Assembly (NCBI GenBank): GCA_902805975.1
Contig: CADCUT010000208.1
Coordinates: 1,517 to 65,516 of the forward strand
Length of the DNA stretch: 64,000 nt
Direction: 5' to 3'
Origin: an uncultured Rubrobacteraceae bacterium
Lineage (GTDB): Bacteria > Actinomycetota > Rubrobacteria > Rubrobacterales > Rubrobacteraceae
Shown: piece by piece, positions 19,327 through 29,038 of the stretch
Layout of the letters: every line of letters starts with the position of its first letter
How positions within the stretch are numbered: position 1 is the stretch's first letter
The notes under the pieces: generated by a model
Databases searched by the model: none
What the model was told of the DNA's origin: nothing
The model's input: only the letters and a program-made list of their open reading frames with translations
Position numbers and translations under genes: made by a program

Positions 19327-19564
19327 GGCAAAATACTAACCGGCTCGCCACACTTTGTAAAGGGCTTGGAACGATGAATTTAGAAACTTTCTGCAAATAC
19401 CTGCGATTTGCACATAGCCGTTTACCAGGAACTTCCTTTGTGTATGCGGGGTTCCTGTAACCTCTGGCGGGTTACGGGAGGATAATTTTTGTACGGGTGG
19501 CGCAAAATGTGGGGGACGTTCCTGCGGTCGTTTGTACAACGGGCCAAGAGTCGGGGCCGGTGGC

Positions 19565-19942
19565 TCAAGACTCCTCTTCGAGCAGTTTCTCGTAGTCGGC
19601 GGCTGAGAGGAGGTCGGTTTGGTCGGAGACCTGGAGTTTCAGGATCCAGCCCTCGCCGTATGGGTCTTCGTTGATCTTCTCGGGGCTATCTTCGAGCGCG
19701 CTGTTGACCTCGACGACCTCGCCGCCCAGGGGCGCGTACAGGTCCGAAACGGCCTTGACGCTCTCGACCGCGCCGAAGGAGTCGCCTGCCGCGAGCGTGG
19801 CGCCAGGCTCCGGCAGCTCGACGAAGACCACGTCGCCGAGCTCGTCCTGGGCGTGGTCGGTGATGCCGACGGTCGCCACGTCGCCCTCGGTGCGGACCCA
19901 CTCGTGGCTCCTGGTGTACTGAAGATCCCCCGGTACGGACAT
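19565..19942 (-). CDS. gcvH: Glycine cleavage system H protein
   Basis: YTRSHEW, GITDHAQDELGD, VESVKA lipoyl lysine. Confidence 0.97.
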   Translation of the reverse strand: MSVPGDLQYTRSHEWVRTEGDVATVGITDHAQDELGDVVFVELPEPGATLAAGDSFGAVESVKAVSDLYAPLGGEVVEVNSALEDSPEKINEDPYGEGWILKLQVSDQTDLLSAADYEKLLEEES

Positions 19943-19955
19943 TCGGCTCCCTCCC

Positions 19956-21053
19956 CTACTTCTTTTCGCGCTTGTAGAACGGCAGCGGCACGGCCCGCGC
20001 CGGCACGGGCCGCTCGCGTATAACGACTTCAAAGGAATCTTCCACCCCGGGCGCCACGAGCGCAAGCCCTATGGCCTCGCCAAGCGTTGGGGACTGCGTC
20101 CCGCTCGTGACGGTGCCTGCGGCCTCCCCATCCACCGCCACCGGATGCCCGTGGCGCGCGATGCCGCGCCCCTCCACCTTGAAGCCGACGAGCTTCTTGC
20201 GGAGGCCCTCCTCCTCCTCCCGGCGCAGGGCCTCCTGCCCGACGAACTCCTGCTCCTTGTCCAGGTGTACGGCGAACCCGATGCCCGCCTCGAGCGGCGT
20301 CGTCTCCGCGTCGAGCTCGTTGCCGTAGAGGCACATGCCGGCCTCAAGGCGCAAGGTGTCGCGGGCGCCGAGGCCCGCAGGTGTGGCGCCCGCGTCCACG
20401 AGACGGCGCCACAGGGGGGCGGCGTCGTCGGGACGGACGTAGAGCTCGAAGCCGTCCTCGCCGGTGTAGCCGGTGCGTGAGATCACGGCGTAGAAGCCGT
20501 CCACCTCCCCGACCACGTACCGGTAGTACTTGAGGCCGGACAGGTCCGCGTCGGTAAAATTCTTCAGGATGCCGGCGGCCTCAGGCCCCTGCAGCGCGAG
20601 CAGCGCCCAGTCATCCGACTCGTCCACGATCTCGACGTCCAGGTCGTGCGTGTGCTCCCTGAAGTGGGCGACGTCCTTCTCGCGGTTCGCCGCGTTGACG
20701 ACGATCAGGAAGTCGTCCGGGTTCCTGTAGACGAGCACGTCGTCCACCGTGCCGCCCCCCTCGTGGCAGACGGCCGCGTAGCCTGCCTGCCCGGTCTCGA
20801 GGCGGCTAACGTCCCTGGTGACGAGCCTCTGGACCGCCCTCTCGGCGTCGGGGCCGCGCAAGACAACTTCGCCCATGTGGGAGACGTCGAAGAGGCCGGC
20901 CCGGTTGCGGACGGCCTCGTGCTCGGCCTTTACGCCGCCCTTCGGGCCGTCGTACTGGACGGGCATCTCGTAGCCCGCGAAGGGTACGAGGCGGGCGCCC
21001 GCCTTCTCGTGCTCCTCGTGGAGCGGGGTTCGTTTGAGGGGTTCCTCTGACAT
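19956..21053 (-). CDS. gcvT: Glycine cleavage system aminomethyltransferase T
   Basis: [41 protein letters not shown]. Confidence 0.97.
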   Translation of the reverse strand: MSEEPLKRTPLHEEHEKAGARLVPFAGYEMPVQYDGPKGGVKAEHEAVRNRAGLFDVSHMGEVVLRGPDAERAVQRLVTRDVSRLETGQAGYAAVCHEGGGTVDDVLVYRNPDDFLIVVNAANREKDVAHFREHTHDLDVEIVDESDDWALLALQGPEAAGILKNFTDADLSGLKYYRYVVGEVDGFYAVISRTGYTGEDGFELYVRPDDAAPLWRRLVDAGATPAGLGARDTLRLEAGMCLYGNELDAETTPLEAGIGFAVHLDKEQEFVGQEALRREEEEGLRKKLVGFKVEGRGIARHGHPVAVDGEAAGTVTSGTQSPTLGEAIGLALVAPGVEDSFEVVIRERPVPARAVPLPFYKREKK

Positions 21054-21056
21054 CCC

Positions 21057-22472
21057 CTACCACCGGGCCTTGAGCTGGCGGGCGGCGCGGGCCTCGTCGA
21101 GGCGGCGGGTGGGGGCGTGGGTGGGAGACTCTTCGAGGTCCTCCGCCCGGCTCTCGGCGAGCTCCAGCATGGCGCCTATAAAGTCGTCGAGGGTCTCCTT
21201 GGACTCCGTCTCGGTTGGCTCTATGAGCATGGCCTCTTTTACGACGAGGGGGAAGTATATGGTGGGCGGGTGGTAGCCGTGGTCTATGAGGCCCTTGGCG
21301 ATGTCCAAGGCTTTCATCCCCTTGGGCGGCTGCACGACGACCTCGTGCTTGCAGAGCTCGTCGTACGGGACCGCGTACGTACCCCCGAGCCTGGCCCTGA
21401 TGTAGTTGGCGTTCAGCACGGCCATGTCCGTCACGTCCCGAAGGTCCGGGCCGTGCATCTGGATGTAGTTCCACGCCCGGAGCATCTGGCCGAAGTTGCC
21501 GTGGAAACCCGCCACCCGGCCGATGCTCTGCGCCGGCCGGACGAAGGTGTAGGCATCCCCTTCCTTCGCTACGGCCGGGTCGGGGCGGAAGGGGGCGAGC
21601 GTTTCGGAGCAGGCGATGGCGCCGCAGCCGGGGCCGCCGCCGCCGTGGGGCGTGGAGAACGTCTTGTGGAGGTTGAAGTGCATCACGTCCACGCCGGCCT
21701 CGGCGGGGCGCATGCGGCCGAGGTTCGCGTTCATGTTGGCACCGTCCATGTAGAGGAAGGCGCCGGCCTCGTGCAGGATCTCGGCTATCTCCGCGATGTT
21801 CCGCTCGTAGACGCCGCAGGTGTTTGGGTTCGTGATCATGAGCGCCGCGGTCGTCTCGTCTACCAACTCTTTGAGCTCGTCCACGTCCACGCAGCCGTGC
21901 TCGTCGAGCCCGATCTCCTTGGCCGTAAAGTCCGCCATGGTAGCGGTCGCCGGGTTGGTCCCGTGCGCCGTCGAGGGAACCAGGACGGTCGTCCTCCCGT
22001 CGTCCCCGGCATCCTCGAAAAACTTCTTGACCATCAGGATGCTCGTCAGCTCGCCCTGCGCCCCCGCGAGCGGCTGCAAAGAGACCGCCGGAAGGCCGGA
22101 GACCTCGGAGAGAAAGCCCTGCAGCTCGTGCATGACCTCCAGCGCCCCCTGCGCCTGCGCCTCCGGCTGGAGGGGGTGGAGGCCGGCGAAGCCCGGGTTG
22201 TTGGCGGCGACCTCGTTGGCGCGGGGGTTGTGCTTCATCGTGCATGAACCCAAGGGGTAGAAGTTCGTGTCTATGCCCCAGTTCTGGCGGGAGAGGTTCG
22301 TGTAGTGGCGCACGACGGTCGGCTCGTCCACCTCCGCCAGGCGCGGCTTCTCCTTGCGAAGCGCATCCTTGGGGAGGAATTTGTCGAGGCTCGCGTCCTC
22401 GACGTCGTTCTTGGGGAGGGTGTAGCCCCGGCGGCCCTCGCGGCCTTTGGTTCGGATCAGGTTATCCAGCAT
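21057..22472 (-). CDS. gcvPB: Glycine dehydrogenase subunit 2
   Basis: YPLGSCTMK, AHGTNPA, NLHKTFSTPHGGGGPG, IEPTETE. Confidence 0.97.
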   Translation of the reverse strand: MLDNLIRTKGREGRRGYTLPKNDVEDASLDKFLPKDALRKEKPRLAEVDEPTVVRHYTNLSRQNWGIDTNFYPLGSCTMKHNPRANEVAANNPGFAGLHPLQPEAQAQGALEVMHELQGFLSEVSGLPAVSLQPLAGAQGELTSILMVKKFFEDAGDDGRTTVLVPSTAHGTNPATATMADFTAKEIGLDEHGCVDVDELKELVDETTAALMITNPNTCGVYERNIAEIAEILHEAGAFLYMDGANMNANLGRMRPAEAGVDVMHFNLHKTFSTPHGGGGPGCGAIACSETLAPFRPDPAVAKEGDAYTFVRPAQSIGRVAGFHGNFGQMLRAWNYIQMHGPDLRDVTDMAVLNANYIRARLGGTYAVPYDELCKHEVVVQPPKGMKALDIAKGLIDHGYHPPTIYFPLVVKEAMLIEPTETESKETLDDFIGAMLELAESRAEDLEESPTHAPTRRLDEARAARQLKARW

Positions 22473-23751
22473 TAGAGATCACCTCCGCGAAGGCGTCGAG
22501 CTCCTCTTTCGTACGCTTCTCCGTAACCGCGATCAACATTCCCCCGTCCCCGAGATCCAACCCGCCGACCATGCCCGCGTCGAGCAACGCCTCGTTGGCC
22601 TTCTCTACGTCTGGCAACTCCACCACGAACTCCCACAGGAAAGGGGCGTCAGGATAACGAAGCGTGAGGCCCGAATCCTGGAGCTTCCCGGCGAGATAAT
22701 GCGCCTTGGAGACGGAGAGCTCCGCCACCTCGCGCAGCCCTTCGGGTCCCATGAGCGCGGTATAGACGGTCGCGGCGAGCGCCGTGAGCGCCTGGTTGGT
22801 GCAGATGTTGGAGTTGGCCTTGGCGCGGCGGATGTCCTGCTCGCGCCCGCGCAGGGTGAGGACGTAGGCGAGCTTGCCGTTCCTGTCCACCGTCTCGCCG
22901 CAGATGCGTCCCGGGAGCTGGCGGACGGACTTCTGGCCCGTCGCCATGTAGCCGGCGTAGGGGCCGCCGAAGAGAAGCGGCATCCCCAAGGGTTGGGCCT
23001 CGCCGACAGCCACGTCGGCCCCGAGGTTGCCAGGGGCCTCGAGGACGGCGAGCGAGATCGGGTCGCACACGGCGACGCACAGCGCGCCGGCATCGTGGGC
23101 CGCCCCGGACGCCGCCCCCACGTCCTCCACGACCCCGAAAAAGTTCGGGCTCTGCACGAAGACGCCCGAGACGTCGTCCGGGACGTCCGAGAAGTCGGTG
23201 GTCCCGTCCCCGAACGGGAGCTCGACGACCTCGACCCGGTAGGTCTCTATGACCTCGCGGTAGCGGGGGTTGAGGCCGGCTGAGACGGCGACCTTCGGGT
23301 CGCGCTTCGTCAACCTGGCGGTCATCAGGGCCGCCTCGGCCACGGCGTTGGCGCCATCGTAGACCGAGGCGTTCGAGACTTCCATGCCCGTCAACTCGGA
23401 GACGATGGACTGGAACTCGAAGATCGACTGGAGGGTACCCTGGCTGATCTCCGGCTGGTACGGCGTGTAGGAGGTCAGGAACTCGCCGCGCGAGATGATG
23501 GTCCCGACCGTGGAGGGCACGATCCTGTCGTAGGCCCCCGCCCCCAGGAAGATCGGGAGCCCCGTGTCGTTCTCTTTCGCCAGCCGGTCGACTTCCCTGA
23601 GCGCCTCGTACTCGGAGAGCGCCGCCGGGAGGTTGAGCTCCCCCTCGAACTTCGGCGCGACGTCCGCGAACAGGTCGTCGAGCGTCTCGACGCCGATGGC
23701 GTCGAGCATCTCGCGGACGTCTTCCTCGGTGTGCGGTGTAAACCTCGCCAC
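22462..23751 (-). CDS. gcvPA: Glycine dehydrogenase subunit 1
   Basis: FLGAGAY, YTPYQPEISQG, NASVYDG, REQ.IRR.KA.SNICTN. Confidence 0.97.
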   Translation of the reverse strand: MARFTPHTEEDVREMLDAIGVETLDDLFADVAPKFEGELNLPAALSEYEALREVDRLAKENDTGLPIFLGAGAYDRIVPSTVGTIISRGEFLTSYTPYQPEISQGTLQSIFEFQSIVSELTGMEVSNASVYDGANAVAEAALMTARLTKRDPKVAVSAGLNPRYREVIETYRVEVVELPFGDGTTDFSDVPDDVSGVFVQSPNFFGVVEDVGAASGAAHDAGALCVAVCDPISLAVLEAPGNLGADVAVGEAQPLGMPLLFGGPYAGYMATGQKSVRQLPGRICGETVDRNGKLAYVLTLRGREQDIRRAKANSNICTNQALTALAATVYTALMGPEGLREVAELSVSKAHYLAGKLQDSGLTLRYPDAPFLWEFVVELPDVEKANEALLDAGMVGGLDLGDGGMLIAVTEKRTKEELDAFAEVISNAG

Positions 23752-23791
23752 GCGGCATTACCCCCTGTTTCGGGTGAGCGTCCTATTATCC

Positions 23792-23990
23792 GCCCTGTCC
23801 CAAACCTGAGAGTATTACCCCGTCGGCGCCGATGCAGCCTTGGGCCCATCGAACTCTCCAGGACGCCCTCGGGTCCGCGGTCCTTCTGCCTGAGAGATTC
23901 GGGCCGCCCGGCTTCGCCGCGCAACCCTTTCACCTTCGGCGGTCGCTGCGGGGACTCCCCCATCCCCCGCGACTCTCTCCCACGGCCCTC
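23792..23990 (-). promoter_or_regulatory. Tandem glycine riboswitch
   Basis: Two aptamers upstream of gcvPA: GGAGAGA...CCGAAGG...CUCUCAGG..GGAC and CUGGAGAG...GCCGACGG...CUCUCAGG..GACAG; extended -10 TGCTATAGT just upstream (~24005-24013). Confidence 0.93.
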
Positions 23991-24117
23991 ACCGGGCAAG
24001 TTCGGACTATAGCATAAGGAGTGGCGAGACTTCCCCGTCGCGTTCACATCCGCGCCGCGCATAGGGCCTCTGCTAACGTACCGCAGAACAGACGGACATC
24101 GACGTTAGGCGAAAGGG

Positions 24118-24624
24118 GTGGTCGCGATGGAGGGATCCCGGTTGGTCGTGGCGGCCGGTGAAGGCGAGGTCGTGTTGCGGGGAGGTTTCGGGGTCGTTGG
24201 CAAGGTTTCGGGGGCGGAGACGGGCGGGGCTTTCTCGGTGGTGGAGCATCCGCTGGACCCCGGGGTACTGGGTGCGCCGCCCCACACCCATGCCAACGAG
24301 GACGAGACCTCGTTCGTGATCGAGGGCGAGGTCGGGGTTCTGATCGGTGATGAGGAGTTCGAGGCCGGTCCCGGCTCCTACGTCCTCAAGCCGCGCGGCG
24401 TCCCGCACGCCTTCTGGAACCCGGGGCCCGATCCGGCGAGGATTCTGGAGATCATCTCCCCGGCCGGCTTCGAGCGGTACTTCGAGGAGCTGGCCGGGGT
24501 GCTCTCGGCTGGCGGGCCGCCGGACCTCGGCAGGATCCTGGAGGTCGCCGGCCGTTACGGCCTCACATTTCACATGGAGCGGATACCCGAACTGCTGGAG
24601 CGGCACGGGCTGCGGTTGGGGTGA
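24118..24624 (+). CDS. Cupin domain protein
   Basis: PPHTH.NEDE..FV+EG and PRGVPHAF.N cupin motifs. Confidence 0.88.
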   Translation: MVAMEGSRLVVAAGEGEVVLRGGFGVVGKVSGAETGGAFSVVEHPLDPGVLGAPPHTHANEDETSFVIEGEVGVLIGDEEFEAGPGSYVLKPRGVPHAFWNPGPDPARILEIISPAGFERYFEELAGVLSAGGPPDLGRILEVAGRYGLTFHMERIPELLERHGLRLG

Positions 24625-24673
24625 GCCGGGGTTTGCGGGAACCTGGATGCGGCAACGGGTTCGCGTGGTCCGG

Positions 24674-27175
24674 CTAGTCGTTCAGGACTTCGGAGATGAC
24701 CTCTTCCAGGGGCGTCTCCCGGCCCGCGGCCCAGGCGGCCGTGAACGCCTCCTCACCGAGCGCCTCGCGGGCGGCCGCGATGAGGGGTTCGGACAGGGCG
24801 CGCTCCGCGTCCTCGGGGGGAGCGCCGATCTCCTCGCGCAGTCTCTCGGCCGCGGCCCAGAGCCGCACGGCCCCTTCCGACCACCCGAGCGAGGCGCGCA
24901 TCGCGGCCAGGCCCTCGAGGTCCTGGCCTATCCCCAGCCGGTCACCCAGCTCCCGGTGGAGGAGCAGGGCCTCCTTGAAGAGCGTTTCGGCCCTCAGGTA
25001 ATCTCTCTGGATTCTGGAGATCCCGCCCAGGCGGCAGGCCAGGAGGGCCACGTTCCTTTTGTCCTCCAGCTCCCGGTACAGGCCCAGGCTCTCGCCGTAG
25101 AAGCCGGCGGCCCGCGCGGGCGCATCCTCCTCTTCCGCCACCTTTCCGAGGTTGCTCAGCACCATGGCAATGCCGGCCCTGTCTCCGAGCGCGCGGAACT
25201 CTTCCAGGCTCTCTTCGCACAGGGAGGCCGCGTCCGCGAGGTCTCCCCGGGCGCGCGCCGCCACCCCCAGGTTGTTCAGGGCGAGGGCGGCGCCCCACCG
25301 GTCGCCGAGCTGTCTCCTCAGGGAGAGGCTCTCGTCGAAGAGCGTCGCCGCCCCTGCGGGATCGCCGCGGTCGAGCGCGACCGTGCCCAGGTTGAGGAGG
25401 ACATCCGCCGTACCCTTCCCGTCGCCGAGCTCCCGCTGCAGGGCGAGGCCCTCCGTCAGAAGGGCCCGCGCCCGGTCGTAGTCAGCCTGGTTGCGGGCCA
25501 GCACGCCGGCCCCGTTGAACGCCTCGGCCCGCGCGGGGCCCGGCGTCGCGCTCCGCCCGAGTGCCTCCTCGAGCCACCGGCGCCCCTCGGTCAGGTGGCC
25601 GCGCTTGTACCAGAACCACCACAGCTCAGCGACCAGCCGCAGGGCGACCTCAGGGTCCCCACCGCCCAGCGACCAGCCGATGGCGGCGCGCAGGTTGTAG
25701 ATCTCACCCTCCAGGCGGTCGAGCCAGGGGCACTGATCCGGGCCGTTCAGGTGCGGCCTCGCCCTTTCGGCCAGCGCCAGGTAGTGCTCGGCGTGCCGCC
25801 TTCGGGTCTCCTGGGCGCCGGCCTCCTCGAGCTTCTCGAGCGCGTACTGCCGGATCGGCTCGAGCATCCTGTAGCGAATGCCGGGTCCACCTTCCACGGG
25901 CTCCGCCAGCACCAGGGACTGCTCGACCAGCCTCCCGAGGAGCACCAGCACGTCGTCCCCGTCCGGACCCCGGTCCTCACCGACGGACTCGGCCGCATCG
26001 AAGTCGAAGCCGCCGGCGAACACGGAGAGACGACGGAACAGGCCCCGCTCCGGTTCGTCCAGCAGGTCGTGGCTCCAGTCGAGCGTGGCCCGCATGGTCC
26101 GCTGGCGCTCGGGCAGATCCCGCGCCCCGCTCGCCTCGAGGGCGCGGTCCAGGCGTGCGAGGAGCGCGGTGGGCCCGAGGAACCTGATCCTGGCCGCCGC
26201 GAGCTCGATGGCGAGCGGCAATCCTTCGAGCCGCCAGCAGATGGCCGCTATCGCGGCCGCGTTGGCCTCGCTCGGCTCGAATCCAGGCGAGGCCTGTCGG
26301 GCTCGCCGGACAAAGAGATCGACCGCCGGGGCTCCCACGACGTCCTCGAGCCCCGGCGCCTTGGTGGGATCCGGCACCCCGAGGGGCGCCACGGGGTACT
26401 CCCTCTCGCCCCGGACCCGCAGGGGGGCGCGGCTGGTGGCGAGCACGGCGAGCCCGGGGCAGGCCCCGACGAGGTCGGCCACCTCGACGGCCGCCCCCAT
26501 CAGATGCTCGAAGTTGTCCAGGACGAGGAGCAGGCTCTTGTCCTGCAGGTGGGCCCGCAGCGACGCGGGGGATGAGGGTCCCTCGGCCTCCCCCGCGTCG
26601 AGCAGCGACCGTGCCACCGTCGGCAGGACGAGCGAGGCGTCGCCCACGGGTGCCAGGGCGACGAAGGAGGCCCCGTCGGGGAAGATACCGGCCGCCAGCG
26701 AAGCCCGGGCGACCTCCGTGGCAAGGCGCGTCTTGCCCACGCCCCCGGGCCCCGTGAGCGTGACCAGCCGGGCCCCCGGCCGGCCGAAGAGGCTGGCCAC
26801 GGCCTCGACGTCCCGCTCCCGTCCCACCAGCGCGGTCGCCGGCGCCGGCAGGTGGACCGGGGGCGGATCCTCCTTTACCGCAGCCTTGGGAGCCCCGGCC
26901 CGGCCGGAGGCTACGAAGGCGGCGCGCTCGTCGTCCGCGAGATACAGGGCGTCGGCCAGCGAGCGGACGGTATGCGGGTAGGGACGCCGCCTCTCGCCGC
27001 GCTCGAGGGCGCTTACGGCCTTGGCGGTGAGCCCCGCGCGGGAGGCGAGCTCCCCCTGGGTGAGCCCCGCGGTCTCCCTGAGCGCCCGCAGCCGCCCGCC
27101 GAATGAATTCTCGCGGTACCCTCCCCCGTCTCCGGAGACCGGGCCGGGCCGATCCTCGACACCTCCTCCGTGCAT
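24674..27175 (-). CDS. XRE-HTH + NB-ARC (STAND ATPase) + TPR transcriptional regulator
   Basis: N-terminal LTQ.ELA.RAG...LERG HTH; Walker A GPGGVGKT; LLVLDNFEH; ATSR; GLPLAIELAA; C-terminal TPRs. Confidence 0.9.
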   Translation of the reverse strand: MHGGGVEDRPGPVSGDGGGYRENSFGGRLRALRETAGLTQGELASRAGLTAKAVSALERGERRRPYPHTVRSLADALYLADDERAAFVASGRAGAPKAAVKEDPPPVHLPAPATALVGRERDVEAVASLFGRPGARLVTLTGPGGVGKTRLATEVARASLAAGIFPDGASFVALAPVGDASLVLPTVARSLLDAGEAEGPSSPASLRAHLQDKSLLLVLDNFEHLMGAAVEVADLVGACPGLAVLATSRAPLRVRGEREYPVAPLGVPDPTKAPGLEDVVGAPAVDLFVRRARQASPGFEPSEANAAAIAAICWRLEGLPLAIELAAARIRFLGPTALLARLDRALEASGARDLPERQRTMRATLDWSHDLLDEPERGLFRRLSVFAGGFDFDAAESVGEDRGPDGDDVLVLLGRLVEQSLVLAEPVEGGPGIRYRMLEPIRQYALEKLEEAGAQETRRRHAEHYLALAERARPHLNGPDQCPWLDRLEGEIYNLRAAIGWSLGGGDPEVALRLVAELWWFWYKRGHLTEGRRWLEEALGRSATPGPARAEAFNGAGVLARNQADYDRARALLTEGLALQRELGDGKGTADVLLNLGTVALDRGDPAGAATLFDESLSLRRQLGDRWGAALALNNLGVAARARGDLADAASLCEESLEEFRALGDRAGIAMVLSNLGKVAEEEDAPARAAGFYGESLGLYRELEDKRNVALLACRLGGISRIQRDYLRAETLFKEALLLHRELGDRLGIGQDLEGLAAMRASLGWSEGAVRLWAAAERLREEIGAPPEDAERALSEPLIAAAREALGEEAFTAAWAAGRETPLEEVISEVLND

Positions 27176-27329
27176 GGTCGAAGCCTACCAGCGCCGCGGC
27201 CTTCCCGCGTGCAGAGTCCCCCACAGTCGCACCGTGGGAGAGGTGTGGGGGTGGTGTGGATGGTCCGCGGGGACTCCGGGCGGCAGACTGCCGGGCAGAG
27301 AAGAGCAGTACGGTCGAGAGGAGAGAACG

Positions 27330-27977
27330 ATGGAGTACGGGATCACCGAAGGGCGCGCGGGGTTGGAGCGGTTGGAGATCGGGGCGCTCGACCCGGCCGA
27401 GATCGAAGAGGTCCTAGACGTCGTCGCGCGCGGGATGCGCGACAACCCCCAGCACGTCGCCGCCTTCGGGGACGACCCCGAGACCCGGCGGCGTCTCTTT
27501 CGCAGGTTGATGGCCGCGGCGTTCTCCACCAGGGACCTCTCGCACACGCTGGTCGCCCGGTGGGAAGACGGCGCCATCGTGGGCGTCTGCGGCATGATGC
27601 CGCCCGGCAACTGCCAGCCGGGGCTAGGGCAACAACTGCGTCTCCTGCCCACGCTTCTGTCCGTGGGCCCCCGCGTTGCAGGACGACTCACGCGCTGGCT
27701 GGGCGCCTGGCAGCGCCACGATCCCAAGGAGAGCCACTGGCACCTCGGCCCGCTCGCCGTCGACGCGCACCTCCAGGGGCAGGGCGTGGGCAGCCGCATG
27801 ATGCGGGCCTTCTGCGCGAGGATGGACGCCGCCGGTGAGGACGCCTACCTGGAGACCGACAAGCCGATAAACGTCCGCTTCTACGAGCGCTTCGGCTTCG
27901 AGGTCACAGCTGAGCAGGAGGTCATCGGCGTGACCAACTGGTTCATGGTCCGGCGGGCGGTGAAGGGGGACCGATAG
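27330..27977 (+). CDS. GNAT N-acetyltransferase (puromycin-acetyltransferase-like)
   Basis: HWHLGPLAVD...QGQGVG, AYLET....NV.FYERFGF; GAGGAG RBS. Confidence 0.88.
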   Translation: MEYGITEGRAGLERLEIGALDPAEIEEVLDVVARGMRDNPQHVAAFGDDPETRRRLFRRLMAAAFSTRDLSHTLVARWEDGAIVGVCGMMPPGNCQPGLGQQLRLLPTLLSVGPRVAGRLTRWLGAWQRHDPKESHWHLGPLAVDAHLQGQGVGSRMMRAFCARMDAAGEDAYLETDKPINVRFYERFGFEVTAEQEVIGVTNWFMVRRAVKGDR

Positions 27978-28086
27978 CGAAGAGCTGCGGAAGTTTTCGA
28001 GGGGCGCCGCCGGCAACCGTCCGCGGAGGGCGGTCCCGGGTGCGCGCGGTGGCCGGCGACGGGAGAGGGGCTCCAGGGCCCCCCGC

Positions 28087-29028
28087 TCAGGTGTAGTTCT
28101 CGGCGGTGAGCCTGACCTCGTCCCTGGCGGCGAAGTGCTCCGAGATGTACTTCTCACCCTCGTCGCAGAACAGGGTGACGATGGTCCCGAGGTCGGGGTA
28201 GGACTCGCGTACTTTCCTCGCTGCGATGAGGTTCGCGCCGCTCGAAGGACCGACAAAGAGGCCGTGCTCGCGGGCGAGGCGGCGCATCTCGCCCACGGCC
28301 TCCTCGGAGTCGACGGTGAGGGCGTTGTCGACGAGCCTCTGGTGGCGCTCGAAGATGCCGGGGACGAAGCCGTCGGAGATGCCCTCGATAAGGTGGTCCC
28401 CGATCTCCCCGCACAGGATCGTCGAGGATTCGGACGGCTCCATCGCGAAGAGCTTGACGGCGGGGTTCGCCCCGCGGAAGGCCTGGCCGACCCCGATCAG
28501 GGTCCCACCGGTCCCAACACCCATCACCATGGCGTCGGGGACGGTACCGTCGGGCAACTGCTCCAGGATCTCCGGCCCGAGCCAGGTCCGGTTCTCCTCG
28601 ACGTTCCACTCGCTCTCGAACTGCGAGGGGCAGAAGTAGCCGGGCTCGCCGCCGAGCTCCTTGGCCTTGGCGAGCGCCTCGTTGACGTGGAAGTGGCCGA
28701 TCTCCATTACGTCCGCCCCGAAGGCGCGGCTGATGGCGACCCGCTCCCCGCTCATCCCCTCGGGCATGACGACGAGCATCCTGTAGCCCTTGACGGCGGC
28801 CACCATCGAGAGCGCGTTTCCGGTGTTGCCGCTCGTCGCCTCGACGATGGTGTCGCCGTGCTTTAGGAGGCCCTCGTCCTCGGCGCGTTCGATCATGTAC
28901 TTCGCTATCCGCGCTTTTATAGAGCCAGACGGGTTCAGGTACTCCAGCTTGCAGTAGACGCCATCGACCTCGACCATGGGCGTCCCGCCGATGGCGTCGA
29001 GGATGCTATTGGATAGACCTTTCTTCAT
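28087..29028 (-). CDS. Cysteine synthase family PLP enzyme
   Basis: IG.TP, KLEYLNPSGSIKAR, ATSGNTG, GVGTGGT, IEGI, GPSSGAN. Confidence 0.9.
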   Translation of the reverse strand: MKKGLSNSILDAIGGTPMVEVDGVYCKLEYLNPSGSIKARIAKYMIERAEDEGLLKHGDTIVEATSGNTGNALSMVAAVKGYRMLVVMPEGMSGERVAISRAFGADVMEIGHFHVNEALAKAKELGGEPGYFCPSQFESEWNVEENRTWLGPEILEQLPDGTVPDAMVMGVGTGGTLIGVGQAFRGANPAVKLFAMEPSESSTILCGEIGDHLIEGISDGFVPGIFERHQRLVDNALTVDSEEAVGEMRRLAREHGLFVGPSSGANLIAARKVRESYPDLGTIVTLFCDEGEKYISEHFAARDEVRLTAENYT

Positions 29029-29038
29029 TCCGACCTCC

